NCBI GenBank assembly: GCA_965207225.1
Contig: CBDBLV010000004.1
Span: 256,001-320,000, forward strand
From: Dehalococcoidia bacterium
GTDB lineage: Bacteria > Chloroflexota > Dehalococcoidia > Plut-88900
Length of the DNA: 64,000 bases
Reading direction: 5' to 3'
The notes under the pieces were generated by a model. That model was given only the letters and a program-made list of their open reading frames with translations. It searched no databases and was not told where the DNA came from. Numbering within the stretch: the first letter of the stretch is position 1; each line of letters begins with the position of its first letter. Below, piece after piece: positions 9,612 to 19,024 of this stretch. Both the position numbers and the translations under genes were made by a program.

Positions 9612-10450
9612 CCCAGGGCCTCCGAAAGCCGGTCCCACTCTTGAATGGTCAGAGTGGCGGGCCTGCGCCGTCCATCGATTCCCACGTCATCCAACGCCGT
9701 CCCAATCACATCAACATCTACTTCAAGACCTTGCATCAGCGAATTGTGAAGCTGCTTTCTCGGGGCCCGAAATCCGGCCCTGGCCATTCGGAAGAAGCGT
9801 TCCGGATGGGGGACCAGAGGCTCGAGATAAACGTCGATGGCTACGACGGCGGAGTCTACTTTGGGCTTGGGCCGGAACTTGGATGCCGGGACGCGAGTGA
9901 CAATCATCGGGGCGCCGTAGACCTGGACTGCAAGACTCAGGAGGCCCATTTTCCCCGGCCTGGCGACCATGTTCTCCGCCACCTCTTTCTGCACCATCAC
10001 GACCATTTTGGCGGGCTTACAGTCGGATTCCAGGAAGTGCCGGATAATGGGCGAAGCAACGAAGTAGGGCAGGTTCCCGACTACCTTGTAATTGTCTTGC
10101 TTCCCGGAAATCTGTACGGTGTAGTTCGCTAGCAACTGTTGTGGAGAGATCTCTCGCACGTCTGCGGTTACTACGTGGACATGGGGCAAATCGGAGAGGT
10201 CGGATTGCAGGAGGTCGGAGAGGCGGGAGTCTATTTCAACTGCAATGACACTTTGGAAGCTTTCGGCAAGGAGTCGAGTCAGTGCTCCCGTGCCCGGGCC
10301 GACCTCCACCACAACCTCGTCGGGGCCCGGGTCAGCGGCCTCTACGATCTTCCTGGCTACCGCGGGATCCTTGAGAAAGTGCTGGCCCAGGGACTTTTTG
10401 GCTCGGATACCGGGGCCTGTGGGCTTCTCGCCGGCGGCAGAGACAGTCAT
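9608..10450 (-). CDS. rsmA: 16S rRNA m6,2A dimethyltransferase
   Basis: KSLGQHFL, EVGPGTG, GNLPY, PKPKVDSAV. Confidence 0.96.
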   Translation of the reverse strand: MTVSAAGEKPTGPGIRAKKSLGQHFLKDPAVARKIVEAADPGPDEVVVEVGPGTGALTRLLAESFQSVIAVEIDSRLSDLLQSDLSDLPHVHVVTADVREISPQQLLANYTVQISGKQDNYKVVGNLPYFVASPIIRHFLESDCKPAKMVVMVQKEVAENMVARPGKMGLLSLAVQVYGAPMIVTRVPASKFRPKPKVDSAVVAIDVYLEPLVPHPERFFRMARAGFRAPRKQLHNSLMQGLEVDVDVIGTALDDVGIDGRRRPATLTIQEWDRLSEALG

Positions 10451-10521
10451 AAGATTACCCTATACGCAAGGGGAGACGATGTCTAATGCCTCGGCGAAGA
10501 ATCGGTCTGAAGGTTGCTACG

Positions 10522-10962
10522 CTACAAGTTAAGGGGCAGGGCGCCGATCTGCTTGTAGATGTTCACGTTGTCCCGGTAGGCGCGGAGCGCTTTGAGCTTG
10601 CCGTCCTTGAATTCGGCAATCTCCATGAACGTCCACCCGACCTTCTTGCCCGTGGCGGGAATGCCGTTGAAGTCTCCAAGGTGAGTCCCCGACACCGTGG
10701 CCTCTGCCGCTGCCCAGTTGCCGGATGCGATGATCATTTTGCCCGTGATCCTAGAGTCCGGAAACGCACCCCACCACTTCTCCAGCGCAGCAATGAACAT
10801 GTCCCGTCCCTTATCGGTATCCGCGCGGGAGGCATCGTGGAATTCAAAGTCGTCAGAGCAGAAGGCGCGGAACTTGGCGGGGTCGTGGCTGTTAAAGCAG
10901 GCGAATATCTTTTCCAGAAGGGCTACGGTCTCGGGATCACCCGCATAGGGCACGTTGCTCAT
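10522..10962 (-). CDS. SnoaL-like ester cyclase (NTF2 fold)
   Basis: AFPD and GTHLGDFNGIPATGKKV motifs. Confidence 0.85.
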   Translation of the reverse strand: MSNVPYAGDPETVALLEKIFACFNSHDPAKFRAFCSDDFEFHDASRADTDKGRDMFIAALEKWWGAFPDSRITGKMIIASGNWAAAEATVSGTHLGDFNGIPATGKKVGWTFMEIAEFKDGKLKALRAYRDNVNIYKQIGALPLNL

Positions 10963-10984
10963 GGCTATCTCCGTCTCTTGAGAT

Positions 10985-11827
10985 CTAGGTCATTCCGAGG
11001 ATGCGCTTGGCATTTTCCAGCATGATGAGGGGTCGGGCCTCGTCCCAGAAGGGCGCTCCTTCGAAGTCTCGTACCCAGCGCTCGGGGGTGAGGGCGGGGT
11101 AGTCGGAGCCGAAGAGGACCTTGTGCTTTATCAAGGTGCTGGCGTACTGGATTAGCAGTGGATTGAAGTATTTCGGTGACCAGCCGGATATGTCCATGTA
11201 GACGTTGGGCTTGTGGACCAGGACGGCAAGCTGCTCCTCGACCCACGGGAAGGCCTGGTGGGCCATGACTATGGTGAGTTCCGGGATGTCGGCGGCGATA
11301 TCGTCGATGTAGGGGATGGGCTTGGTGTACTTCAGGTGGACGCCCCCGCCCCCCGGCAGCCCCGCCCCGACCCCTGTGGTGCCGGTGTGGAACATGGCAA
11401 TCATGCCCAGCTCGGCAATCTTTTCGTAGATCGGGTAGAACCTGCGCTCATTAGGGTAAAATTCCTGGGTCATGGGGATGAACTTGATCCCCTTCAGGCC
11501 CAGCTCCTTGTGGGCTCTCTCGACCTCTTTCACCGCCAACTTTCCCATCCAAGGGTCTACGGAGCCGAATCCAATGAAGGTGTCGGGATATCGTTTTGAT
11601 ATGGAGGAAACCCAGTCGTTGCTGTCCCATTCGTCGCCCTGGGCGGTGCGGTCGTCATTGGCCAGGACCACGGCCATATAGTCCAGCTCCCTGTATTTCG
11701 CTGCCAGCTCTTCAAGGGTGAGCTCGGGTGGAGACTTGAAGTAGGTGGCCATAGCGGAGTGAAAGCGGGTTGGGGGCTTTCCCGGCTCTTTCGGGGGGTG
11801 GATGTGGAAATCAATTGCCTTAGGCAC
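10985..11827 (-). CDS. Amidohydrolase_2 family protein
   Basis: DFHIH, FHTG, MAH, LFGSDYP motifs. Confidence 0.88.
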   Translation of the reverse strand: MPKAIDFHIHPPKEPGKPPTRFHSAMATYFKSPPELTLEELAAKYRELDYMAVVLANDDRTAQGDEWDSNDWVSSISKRYPDTFIGFGSVDPWMGKLAVKEVERAHKELGLKGIKFIPMTQEFYPNERRFYPIYEKIAELGMIAMFHTGTTGVGAGLPGGGGVHLKYTKPIPYIDDIAADIPELTIVMAHQAFPWVEEQLAVLVHKPNVYMDISGWSPKYFNPLLIQYASTLIKHKVLFGSDYPALTPERWVRDFEGAPFWDEARPLIMLENAKRILGMT

Positions 11828-11854
11828 AGACTGCTCCTGGGGAAGAGTTTTAGA

Positions 11855-12122
11855 TCGTGCACCCCCCGTCGATCTTGCCCCTCCGGCCTGCCATCCGCCG
11901 TCGGGCTCAGACCAGGCGACCCTACGGCACCCAGAATGGACCGCTTACCGTTGCTTCCTTCCGGACCTGGCGGGATTCACGGTTTTCTGCCGCGTAGGAC
12001 CCAATCATCAGCGCCCGCCGGACGAACGCAGCATCCGAAGGACCAGGACCTCTAGGGGGAATTCAGTCCCGCTGTAGCGGATTGCAGGTTCAGGGCACCG
12101 CTAGCTCCCCACCTAGCACGAC
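11855..12122 (-). ncRNA. ffs: Large (Alu-domain, Bacillus-type) SRP RNA
   Basis: Minus strand 5' cgtgctaggtggggagctagcggtgccctgaacctgcaatccgctacagcggg (Alu domain), helix-8 caggtccggaaggaagcaacgg, 3' gtgcacg pairing with the 5' end; about 268 nt. Confidence 0.93.
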
Positions 12123-12130
12123 CTGATAAT

Positions 12131-12159
12131 ATGTTATTTGACCCCAATTTCAGTGTCAA
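12131..12159 (-). promoter_or_regulatory. Sigma70-type promoter of the SRP RNA
   Basis: TTGACA-N17-TAACAT ending about 8 nt before the RNA 5' end. Confidence 0.75.
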
Positions 12160-12365
12160 ACAAAGAGGGCTTAGTCGAGGATACGGGCGAAATTGAACGA
12201 AGTATGGCTTTGTGATAACCTACCGCCCGCCGGTACAAAAGGCCCGTGCCCCGAGGCGGTATCTCAGGCATGGCAATTGTACGTTTTCTCTTCCACGCTC
12301 CCATCGGAGCAAGGGCCCCGACCGGCGCCTTAACGGAGTCAGACCGGGCTGAGGAGGTCTCAGCC

Positions 12366-13472
12366 ATCGACTCGAATTTGTATCGATGGGGTAATGTGTT
12401 GGCTAACGCCCAAAGGCTGACCGGAAGTGTTCTAGGGGGACTGACGGGGGCCCTGTTAGGACTGGGCACAGGTCTGGCCCTTGTCGAGGCAGGGATTGCC
12501 GAAGGCTGGAAGCCCTGGTTGGTCCTGGGAGCAAGTCTCACTGGGTTACTGCTCGGAACTGTGGTGACTGCCCTGATTCTGGTCCCGTTCATGCAAAGGA
12601 CTGCCAAGCGGATGGAGGCAGTCCGCCCGGGAATAGTCCTGTCGGGGGTTGTGGGGGCTCTGGCGGGGGTCCTTCTTTCGGTCAGTCTCGTATATATACT
12701 TTCCGTCGGTTCCCTGCCTTACCCCTGGGACAAAGTGACTCCGGCTCTGCTGGTAACGACGCTTGGGTCTCTCGGGGCATGGGTGAGCGCCATACGCATC
12801 TCGCGTCTGGCCTGGCCCGTGGCCCGAGAGCGGATAGACGGTACGAGCGCAACCATGACATCTACGAACGGCCAGGCCAACGGGCGATGCATCCTGGTCG
12901 ACACCTCAGCCATCATTGACGGCCGCATCGCCGAAATAACCCACACCGGATTCGTGGATGGCGAGCTTCTAATCCCAAGATTCGTACTCGAAGAGCTCCA
13001 GTTCGTGGCCGACTCCCCGGACAGCCTCAAGCGCAACCGGGGACGTCGGGGGCTGGACGTACTGAACCGGCTCCAAAAGGACAGCAACATCGGCGTTCAG
13101 ATTTCGGATGTCGACGTTCCCGACCAGGACGGCGTCGACAGCAAGCTGGTCAGCCTGGCCAAGCGTTCCGATTATTCCCTCCTCACCACCGACTTCAACC
13201 TGAACAAAGTCGCCGAGCTGCAGGGCATCAAGGTCCTGAACATCAACGACCTCGCCAACTCCCTCAAGCCCACCCTCATCCCCGGAGAGGAGCTGAACCT
13301 CCACATCACCCAGGAGGGCAAGGAGGATAGCCAGGGGGTCGGGTTCCTTGACGACGGCACGATGGTTGTCGTAGAGGGAGGGATCAGATACCTGAACTCC
13401 CAGCTGCCGGTGGTAATTACCCGTGTCCTTCAGACCTCGGCGGGGCGGATAATCTTCGCTCACCTGAAGTAG
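12366..13472 (+). CDS. PIN/TRAM-domain membrane protein (YacL family); start uncertain (ATC 12366 proposed)
   Basis: VDTSAIIDGR, RGRRGLD, TTDFNL, QGVGFLDDGTMVVVE; conserved position upstream of ispD-ispF. Confidence 0.9.
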   Translation: MDSNLYRWGNVLANAQRLTGSVLGGLTGALLGLGTGLALVEAGIAEGWKPWLVLGASLTGLLLGTVVTALILVPFMQRTAKRMEAVRPGIVLSGVVGALAGVLLSVSLVYILSVGSLPYPWDKVTPALLVTTLGSLGAWVSAIRISRLAWPVARERIDGTSATMTSTNGQANGRCILVDTSAIIDGRIAEITHTGFVDGELLIPRFVLEELQFVADSPDSLKRNRGRRGLDVLNRLQKDSNIGVQISDVDVPDQDGVDSKLVSLAKRSDYSLLTTDFNLNKVAELQGIKVLNINDLANSLKPTLIPGEELNLHITQEGKEDSQGVGFLDDGTMVVVEGGIRYLNSQLPVVITRVLQTSAGRIIFAHLK

Positions 13473-13476
13473 GGAC

Positions 13477-14196
13477 GTGGGAGAGCAAGGCCGCGGCCCG
13501 GGGCACGAGCAATCCGTAGGCGCGTTGATTCTCGCCGCTGGCAGCAGTCAGAGGATGCAGGGCATCGACAAGACCTTCGCCCCAATACTGGGCAAGCCCC
13601 TCATACTTCACACCCTCTCCGTTTTTCTTGACTGCCCAGGAATTCAAAAGATTGTATTGGTCATGCCGGAATCCAACCTGGATAAAGGGCAAGACTTGAT
13701 TGCAGAGCACCTAGGCCCTGATCGAGTGACGGTGTGCGCCGGCGGCAACAGGCGGCAGGACTCGGCCGCCAGGGGCCTCGAAGCCCTCGGCCCCTGCGAC
13801 CTCGTAGCCGTCCATGACGGGGCTCGGCCCTGCCTCTCATCCGAAACCCTCAATAGCGTAGTTGCCGACGCCCGCAAACACGGCAGTGTCGTGGTAGCAG
13901 TCCCGATTACCGACACCGTAAAGCGCACCGATGCCGAAGGCTACGTATCCGCCGCCGTGTCCCGTGACGGCCTATGGGCGATGCAGACCCCTCAAGTATT
14001 CCCCTATGACCTTGTAAGACGCGCCTATAGTGAAGTGAGCCAGGACGTCACCGACGATGCCTCAATGGTCGAGGGGCTGGGAATCAAGGTTAGGCTCACT
14101 CTCGGCTCCCCGACAAATCTGAAGGTAACCACCCCCGCCGACCTGGAGCTCGCCGAAATGATACTGACGGCCCGGGCCAGGGGTTCCGAAGGGTAG
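13477..14196 (+). CDS. ispD: 2-C-methyl-D-erythritol 4-phosphate cytidylyltransferase
   Basis: LAAGSSQRM, RQDS, VHDGARP, QTPQVF, TDDAS, NLKVTTPADL. Confidence 0.96.
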   Translation: MGEQGRGPGHEQSVGALILAAGSSQRMQGIDKTFAPILGKPLILHTLSVFLDCPGIQKIVLVMPESNLDKGQDLIAEHLGPDRVTVCAGGNRRQDSAARGLEALGPCDLVAVHDGARPCLSSETLNSVVADARKHGSVVVAVPITDTVKRTDAEGYVSAAVSRDGLWAMQTPQVFPYDLVRRAYSEVSQDVTDDASMVEGLGIKVRLTLGSPTNLKVTTPADLELAEMILTARARGSEG

Positions 14197-14204
14197 GCAC
14201 TGAA

Positions 14205-14684
14205 ATGTCTATGCGCGTAGGAATGGGCATTGACGTTCACGCCTTGGTGGAGGGTAGAGCGCTGGTGCTTGGGGGCGTTACGGTGCCTCATTCTCTGGGT
14301 TTGTCGGGGCACAGTGACGGGGACGCGTTAACCCATGCGGTGGTGGATGCATTGCTTGGGGCGGCGGGAATGGGGGATATAGGGGGTCGGTTCCCGTCCT
14401 CCGACTCGACTTGGAAGGACGCAGACAGCCTGACTTTTCTCTCATCCATCGCTCCAGAGCTGGCCGATGCAGGTTGGAGCGTCCAAAACGTGGATGCTAC
14501 AATTATTGCCCAGAGGCCGGCTCTTGCCCCCCATGTCAAAGAGATGGAATCAAACATCGCCCGGGCCCTGGGGGTCGACCCCTCCCAGATCAACGTGAAA
14601 GCCACCACCAGCGACAGGCTCGGAATCGCAGGTCGAGAAGAGGGAATAGCCGCCTTCGCCGTCGCCCTCCTAGAACAAGATTAG
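14205..14684 (+). CDS. ispF: 2-C-methyl-D-erythritol 2,4-cyclodiphosphate synthase
   Basis: GIDVH, GHSDGD, DIG, NVKATT. Confidence 0.96.
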   Translation: MSMRVGMGIDVHALVEGRALVLGGVTVPHSLGLSGHSDGDALTHAVVDALLGAAGMGDIGGRFPSSDSTWKDADSLTFLSSIAPELADAGWSVQNVDATIIAQRPALAPHVKEMESNIARALGVDPSQINVKATTSDRLGIAGREEGIAAFAVALLEQD

Positions 14685-14703
14685 CCCGAGTCCCCCAAAA
14701 CCC

Positions 14704-16179
14704 ATGCAGATTTACAACACCCTCACCCGCTCCAAAGAGGAGTTCGTACCCCTCGGCGACCCCGTGAAGATGTACGTGTGTGGGATAACGCCCTACTCGG
14801 CGTCGCACGTCGGGCATGCGATGAGCTACATCACCTTCGACGTGGTGCGGCGGTACCTGGAGTGGCGCGGCTATAACGTCCTCCACATCCAGAACTTCAC
14901 AGACGTGGACGACAAAATCATCGACCGCTCCGCAACCCTCGGCTCCTCCCCCAAAGACCTGGCCGAGGGCCTGATCCAGGACTATTTCAACGAGATGGAC
15001 GCCCTGAACGTGACCCGGGCCCACATCTATCCCCGGGCCACGGAGGAAATAGCCAAAATTTTGGAAATGACCAGGGGGCTGGTGGAGAACGGCACTGCAT
15101 ACGCCGTGGACGGCGACGTTTACTACCGCATCAACAGCTATTCCGACTACGGAAAGCTCAGCCATCGCACGCTGGAAGGCATGATGTCCGGGGCCCGCAT
15201 AGAAGTCGACAACAGGAAAGAGCATCCCATGGACTTCGCCCTCTGGAAGGCCGCCAAGCCCGGCGAGCCATCCTGGGACAGCCCCTGGGGCCCGGGCCGA
15301 CCCGGCTGGCACATGGAATGCAGCGCTATGTCCCTCAGATACCTGGGCGAGAGATTTGACATCCACGGCGGGGGCCTGGACCTTATCTTCCCCCACCACG
15401 AAAACGAGATCGCCCAGACCGAGGCGTTCACCGGCGTCACCCCATCAGTCCAGTACTGGATGCACAACGGCCTCCTCCAGCTGGACGACGAAAAGATGAG
15501 CAAGTCCCTTGGCAACCTCGTCACGGTAAAGGAAGTCCTGGAAAACCATTCCGCCGACGCCCTGCGGCTGTTCTTCCTGGGCTCCCACTACCGCAGCCCT
15601 CTTTCCTTCAGCGAGCGCGGCCTAGAGGCCATGGAACGGGGCGCAGCCCGACTCCGCAACGCCGCCCAGCAGAATGGCAGTGCCGAGAATGACGGGGCCG
15701 CGGTCTCGACTGATGGGTTCCGGGAGCGCTTTATCGAGGCAATGGACGACGACTTTGGAACCGCACAGGCGGTGGCCGCGCTCTATGACCTCACCAGGGA
15801 GATCAACCGGGGCGCCGACTCCGGGTCCAGTGTATCTGGTGCCGTAGCATTGCTCAGAGAGTTGTCGGGGGTGCTGGGGCTCACGCTAGAGGAGCGAGGT
15901 GGGGAGTCAGGGGTGGATGTCGGGGGGCTGGCGAAACTTGTAGAGTCCGTGGCGGCTCAACTGGAAGCCGCAAGCCAGGTCGAGACGGCCTCAGAGCTGG
16001 CTGGGGTGTCTGCGGACGGAGCTAGCGCCGACGATTATGTCGGGGCACTGATTGCCGCCCGGCAGAAGCTTCGCAAAAGCCGGGAGTTCGCCCTGGCGGA
16101 CGGGATACGGGACTCGCTTAGCGAACGAGGTATAACCCTGAAGGACTCACCGATGGGCACCACCTGGGAACTGGCATAG
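14704..16179 (+). CDS. cysS: Cysteine--tRNA ligase
   Basis: YVCGIT, HVGH, GRPGWHMEC, FPHHENE, KMSKS. Confidence 0.98.
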   Translation: MQIYNTLTRSKEEFVPLGDPVKMYVCGITPYSASHVGHAMSYITFDVVRRYLEWRGYNVLHIQNFTDVDDKIIDRSATLGSSPKDLAEGLIQDYFNEMDALNVTRAHIYPRATEEIAKILEMTRGLVENGTAYAVDGDVYYRINSYSDYGKLSHRTLEGMMSGARIEVDNRKEHPMDFALWKAAKPGEPSWDSPWGPGRPGWHMECSAMSLRYLGERFDIHGGGLDLIFPHHENEIAQTEAFTGVTPSVQYWMHNGLLQLDDEKMSKSLGNLVTVKEVLENHSADALRLFFLGSHYRSPLSFSERGLEAMERGAARLRNAAQQNGSAENDGAAVSTDGFRERFIEAMDDDFGTAQAVAALYDLTREINRGADSGSSVSGAVALLRELSGVLGLTLEERGGESGVDVGGLAKLVESVAAQLEAASQVETASELAGVSADGASADDYVGALIAARQKLRKSREFALADGIRDSLSERGITLKDSPMGTTWELA

Positions 16180-16233
16180 CCTTCCCCTCGGGCCCGACGA
16201 ATTTCACTAAGGCTGAATTGAGCGCGATCAGGA

Positions 16234-16680
16234 ATGTATCGAGAGATCGAAATCCCCCCCAAAGTCACCCCCGACGACGACTCCGGCTACCTGGAAGAGC
16301 TGACCAAGGCTATCTTCAGGTCGGGATTTTCGTGGGCGGTGATACGGAGAAAGTGGGACAACTTCCGGGCGGCATTCGACGGATTCGACATACCAAAGGT
16401 AGCTTCTTATGACCTCGAGGACATGGAGCGTCTATTCCAGGATGAGGGGATAGTCCGAAACCGCCGCAAGATAGTGGCCACCATCGAAAACGCCGGGAAG
16501 TGCATGGCGTTGATCGCTGGGCACGGCTCCTTCTACGCCTACCTGCGCTCTATGGATGAACTGGACTACCGGGCCAGGGTGAAGGCACTCACCCGAGAAT
16601 TTCGCGGCCTGGGCAACACCGGGGCTTTCGTCTTCCTGCACTGCGTCAACGAAGAGACCCCGACCTGGGAAGAGCGCTGA
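16234..16680 (+). CDS. DNA-3-methyladenine glycosylase I-like protein (short)
   Basis: FRSGFSW, AFDGFD, GIVRNRRKI.ATIENA. Confidence 0.82.
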   Translation: MYREIEIPPKVTPDDDSGYLEELTKAIFRSGFSWAVIRRKWDNFRAAFDGFDIPKVASYDLEDMERLFQDEGIVRNRRKIVATIENAGKCMALIAGHGSFYAYLRSMDELDYRARVKALTREFRGLGNTGAFVFLHCVNEETPTWEER

Positions 16681-16692
16681 GTTCCCTCGGTA

Positions 16693-17802
16693 CTAGATCT
16701 CTCCCAGCTTGTCCCTGACCCAGTTGTTGAACCTGAGCACGTGGGGTTCCGTCGGGCCGAGGACACCCTGCTTGTGGGCCCGAGACTTATTTCCCTGGTG
16801 GGCCAGTTCGCAGACGCCGAAGTCCTGCCTGTTGAACAGGTCCCAGAATTCCACCGTATCGCTGGGGTCGAAGTCGGGGCTGTCCACAACCTCGGCGTCG
16901 AAGAAGAACTCGTTGGTGATCTTCGTTCTGTTCGGGCCGTCGGGCCACATGACTATGGTGGCTACGGACTCGGGCTGGAACGCCAGGACGACGTTGGGGT
17001 ACAAGGAGACGCTCCGAAAACGTCCCATGTCCTCGCTGGTCAAGCCCTTCAGCTTAGGCTGGTCCGTCCTGCCCCCGGCGGTCATGGTGGCGTATTCATC
17101 CAGGAGCAGGGTGCCCGCCACTGAGTCCCGACCCGTCAGGCCCGTCCTGTAGATGGGCACCACCTCGCACAGTTCGGGGTGTACGCCCGGGCAGTGACCG
17201 CATTCGCTGGCGTTTTCCCAGATCTCCTTCCAGTTGGAAGCAACATCATAGTAGTTCACGCCGCCGGACTTGAGCCCGGAGAGACCGTACCGGGTTAGTA
17301 CAGGATTCAGGTCACCGAAGTCTGCCACAAAGGGCTCGGGTTCGGGGTCCAGGTTGATGAAGATAAGGCCCTGCCAGGTCGCTACCGGCACCCTGTACAG
17401 GGGGTATTTCTCCTTTTCAAGGCCGTCCATGTGCATCTCTTTGGGGACGGCAAGCAAGTCTCCGTTCATGCCGTATGTCCAACCATGATAGCCGCACGCC
17501 AGGGCGCCCCCCTGCGCGTGGCCCTCGGACTGGGTGCACAGCCTCGACCCCCGGTGTCGGCATACGTTGTAGAAAGCGTACACATCCATATCCCTGTCCC
17601 GGGTTATGACGATGCTCTCATCGGCTATGGTGCGTACCACGTAGTCGCCGGGCCGGGGGAGATTGCTGGTGTGGGCGACAAAAAGCCAGGACTTGCAGAA
17701 GATGCGCTCCTTCTCCAACTCATAAATCTCGGGGTTCCAGTAGTAGTGGCTGGGAAGGGTCTTTCCAATTTCCGCGGACTCTTTGACGATTTGACTTACC
17801 AT
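16693..17802 (-). CDS. Rieske oxygenase alpha subunit, copy 1 (choline/glycine-betaine monooxygenase-like group)
   Basis: CRHRG...CGYHGW Rieske motif; NWK..ENASECGHCPGVH and QD iron site; ATG 17802 chosen by alignment with paralogs. Confidence 0.92.
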   Translation of the reverse strand: MVSQIVKESAEIGKTLPSHYYWNPEIYELEKERIFCKSWLFVAHTSNLPRPGDYVVRTIADESIVITRDRDMDVYAFYNVCRHRGSRLCTQSEGHAQGGALACGYHGWTYGMNGDLLAVPKEMHMDGLEKEKYPLYRVPVATWQGLIFINLDPEPEPFVADFGDLNPVLTRYGLSGLKSGGVNYYDVASNWKEIWENASECGHCPGVHPELCEVVPIYRTGLTGRDSVAGTLLLDEYATMTAGGRTDQPKLKGLTSEDMGRFRSVSLYPNVVLAFQPESVATIVMWPDGPNRTKITNEFFFDAEVVDSPDFDPSDTVEFWDLFNRQDFGVCELAHQGNKSRAHKQGVLGPTEPHVLRFNNWVRDKLGEI

Positions 17803-17861
17803 AGCACTGCCTCCTGAATGATGAGACCCCAACCTGGGAAGAGCGTTAGGCCCTTCCCAGA
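17803..17861. repeat. Duplicated spacer with hairpin between Rieske copies (second copy 18966-19024)
   Basis: ggaagagcgttaggcccttccc present in both spacers; gene starts spaced exactly 1163 bp apart. Confidence 0.9.
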
Positions 17862-18965
17862 TCAGTTTTCTCCCAGCTTTTCTATTACCCAGTTGTCGAA
17901 TGTGACCACGTGGGGTTCCGTCGGGCCCAGCACTCCCTGCTTGTGGGCCCTGGACCTATTCCCCTGGTGGGCCAGTTCGCAGACGCCAAGGTCCTGCTTG
18001 ATGATCAGGTCCCGGAAATCCACCGTGTCACTGGGATCGAAGTCGGGGCCGTCCACCACATCCGCATCGAAGAAGAACTCGTTGGTTATCCTGGTCCTGT
18101 TCGGGCCATGGGGCCATATAACCAAGGTCATCACCGACTCAGGCTGAAACACCACGACTGCGTTGGGGTAGACGGATACGGTCCTGATACGTCCCATATC
18201 CTCTGTCGACAGACCCTTTAGCATCGGCTGATTCGTCCTGCCAGTGGCAGTCACAGTCTCATACCGCAGAAGCGTCCCCTCCACCGAGTCCCGACTGGTC
18301 AGACCCTTCTTGAAGGTCGGCACCACCTCGCAGAGCTCCGGGTGTACTCCCGGGCAATGTACACACTCGCTGGCATTCTCGAAGACTTCCTTCCAGTTGG
18401 ACTCCACCTCGTAATGAAACACGTGGCCCGACTTGAGGCTCGGAAGCCCGTATCGGGGCAGTATGGGGTTTAGATTTCCGAACTCCGCGACGAATGGTTC
18501 TGGTCCGGGGTCCAGGTTGATGAAGATAAGGCCTTGCCAGGTGGCTACGGGCACCCTGTACAGCGGGTATTTCTCCTTTTCAAGGCCCTCCATGTGCATC
18601 TCTTTGGGGATGCCAACGAGGTCACCGCTCATGCCGTACGTCCACCCGCGATAGCCGCAGGTCAGGGCGCTTCCTGGCGCGTGGCCTTCGGGTTGGGTGC
18701 ATAGCCTCGACCCCCGGTGACGGCAGACGTTGTAGAAGGCATGCACCTCCATATCCCTGTCCCGGGTTATGACGATGCTTTCGTCTGCTATGGTGCGTAC
18801 AACGTAGTCGCCGGGCCGGGGGAGATTGCTGGTGTGGGCGACAAAGAGCCACGACTTGTAGAAGATGCGCTCCTTCTCCAACTCATAGATATCGGGGTCC
18901 CAGTAATAGCGGCTTGGAAGGGTCTTGCCGATCTCTGTGGATTCTCTGACGATCTGACCTACCAT
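17862..18965 (-). CDS. Rieske oxygenase alpha subunit, copy 2 (second cluster His replaced by Arg)
   Basis: CRHRG...CGYRGW; intact ORF; ECVHCPGVH retained. Confidence 0.88.
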   Translation of the reverse strand: MVGQIVRESTEIGKTLPSRYYWDPDIYELEKERIFYKSWLFVAHTSNLPRPGDYVVRTIADESIVITRDRDMEVHAFYNVCRHRGSRLCTQPEGHAPGSALTCGYRGWTYGMSGDLVGIPKEMHMEGLEKEKYPLYRVPVATWQGLIFINLDPGPEPFVAEFGNLNPILPRYGLPSLKSGHVFHYEVESNWKEVFENASECVHCPGVHPELCEVVPTFKKGLTSRDSVEGTLLRYETVTATGRTNQPMLKGLSTEDMGRIRTVSVYPNAVVVFQPESVMTLVIWPHGPNRTRITNEFFFDADVVDGPDFDPSDTVDFRDLIIKQDLGVCELAHQGNRSRAHKQGVLGPTEPHVVTFDNWVIEKLGEN

Positions 18966-19024
18966 AGCGCTCCTTCTTGAATGAAGAAACTTCGAGCTAG
19001 GAAGAGCGTTAGGCCCTTCCCGGA

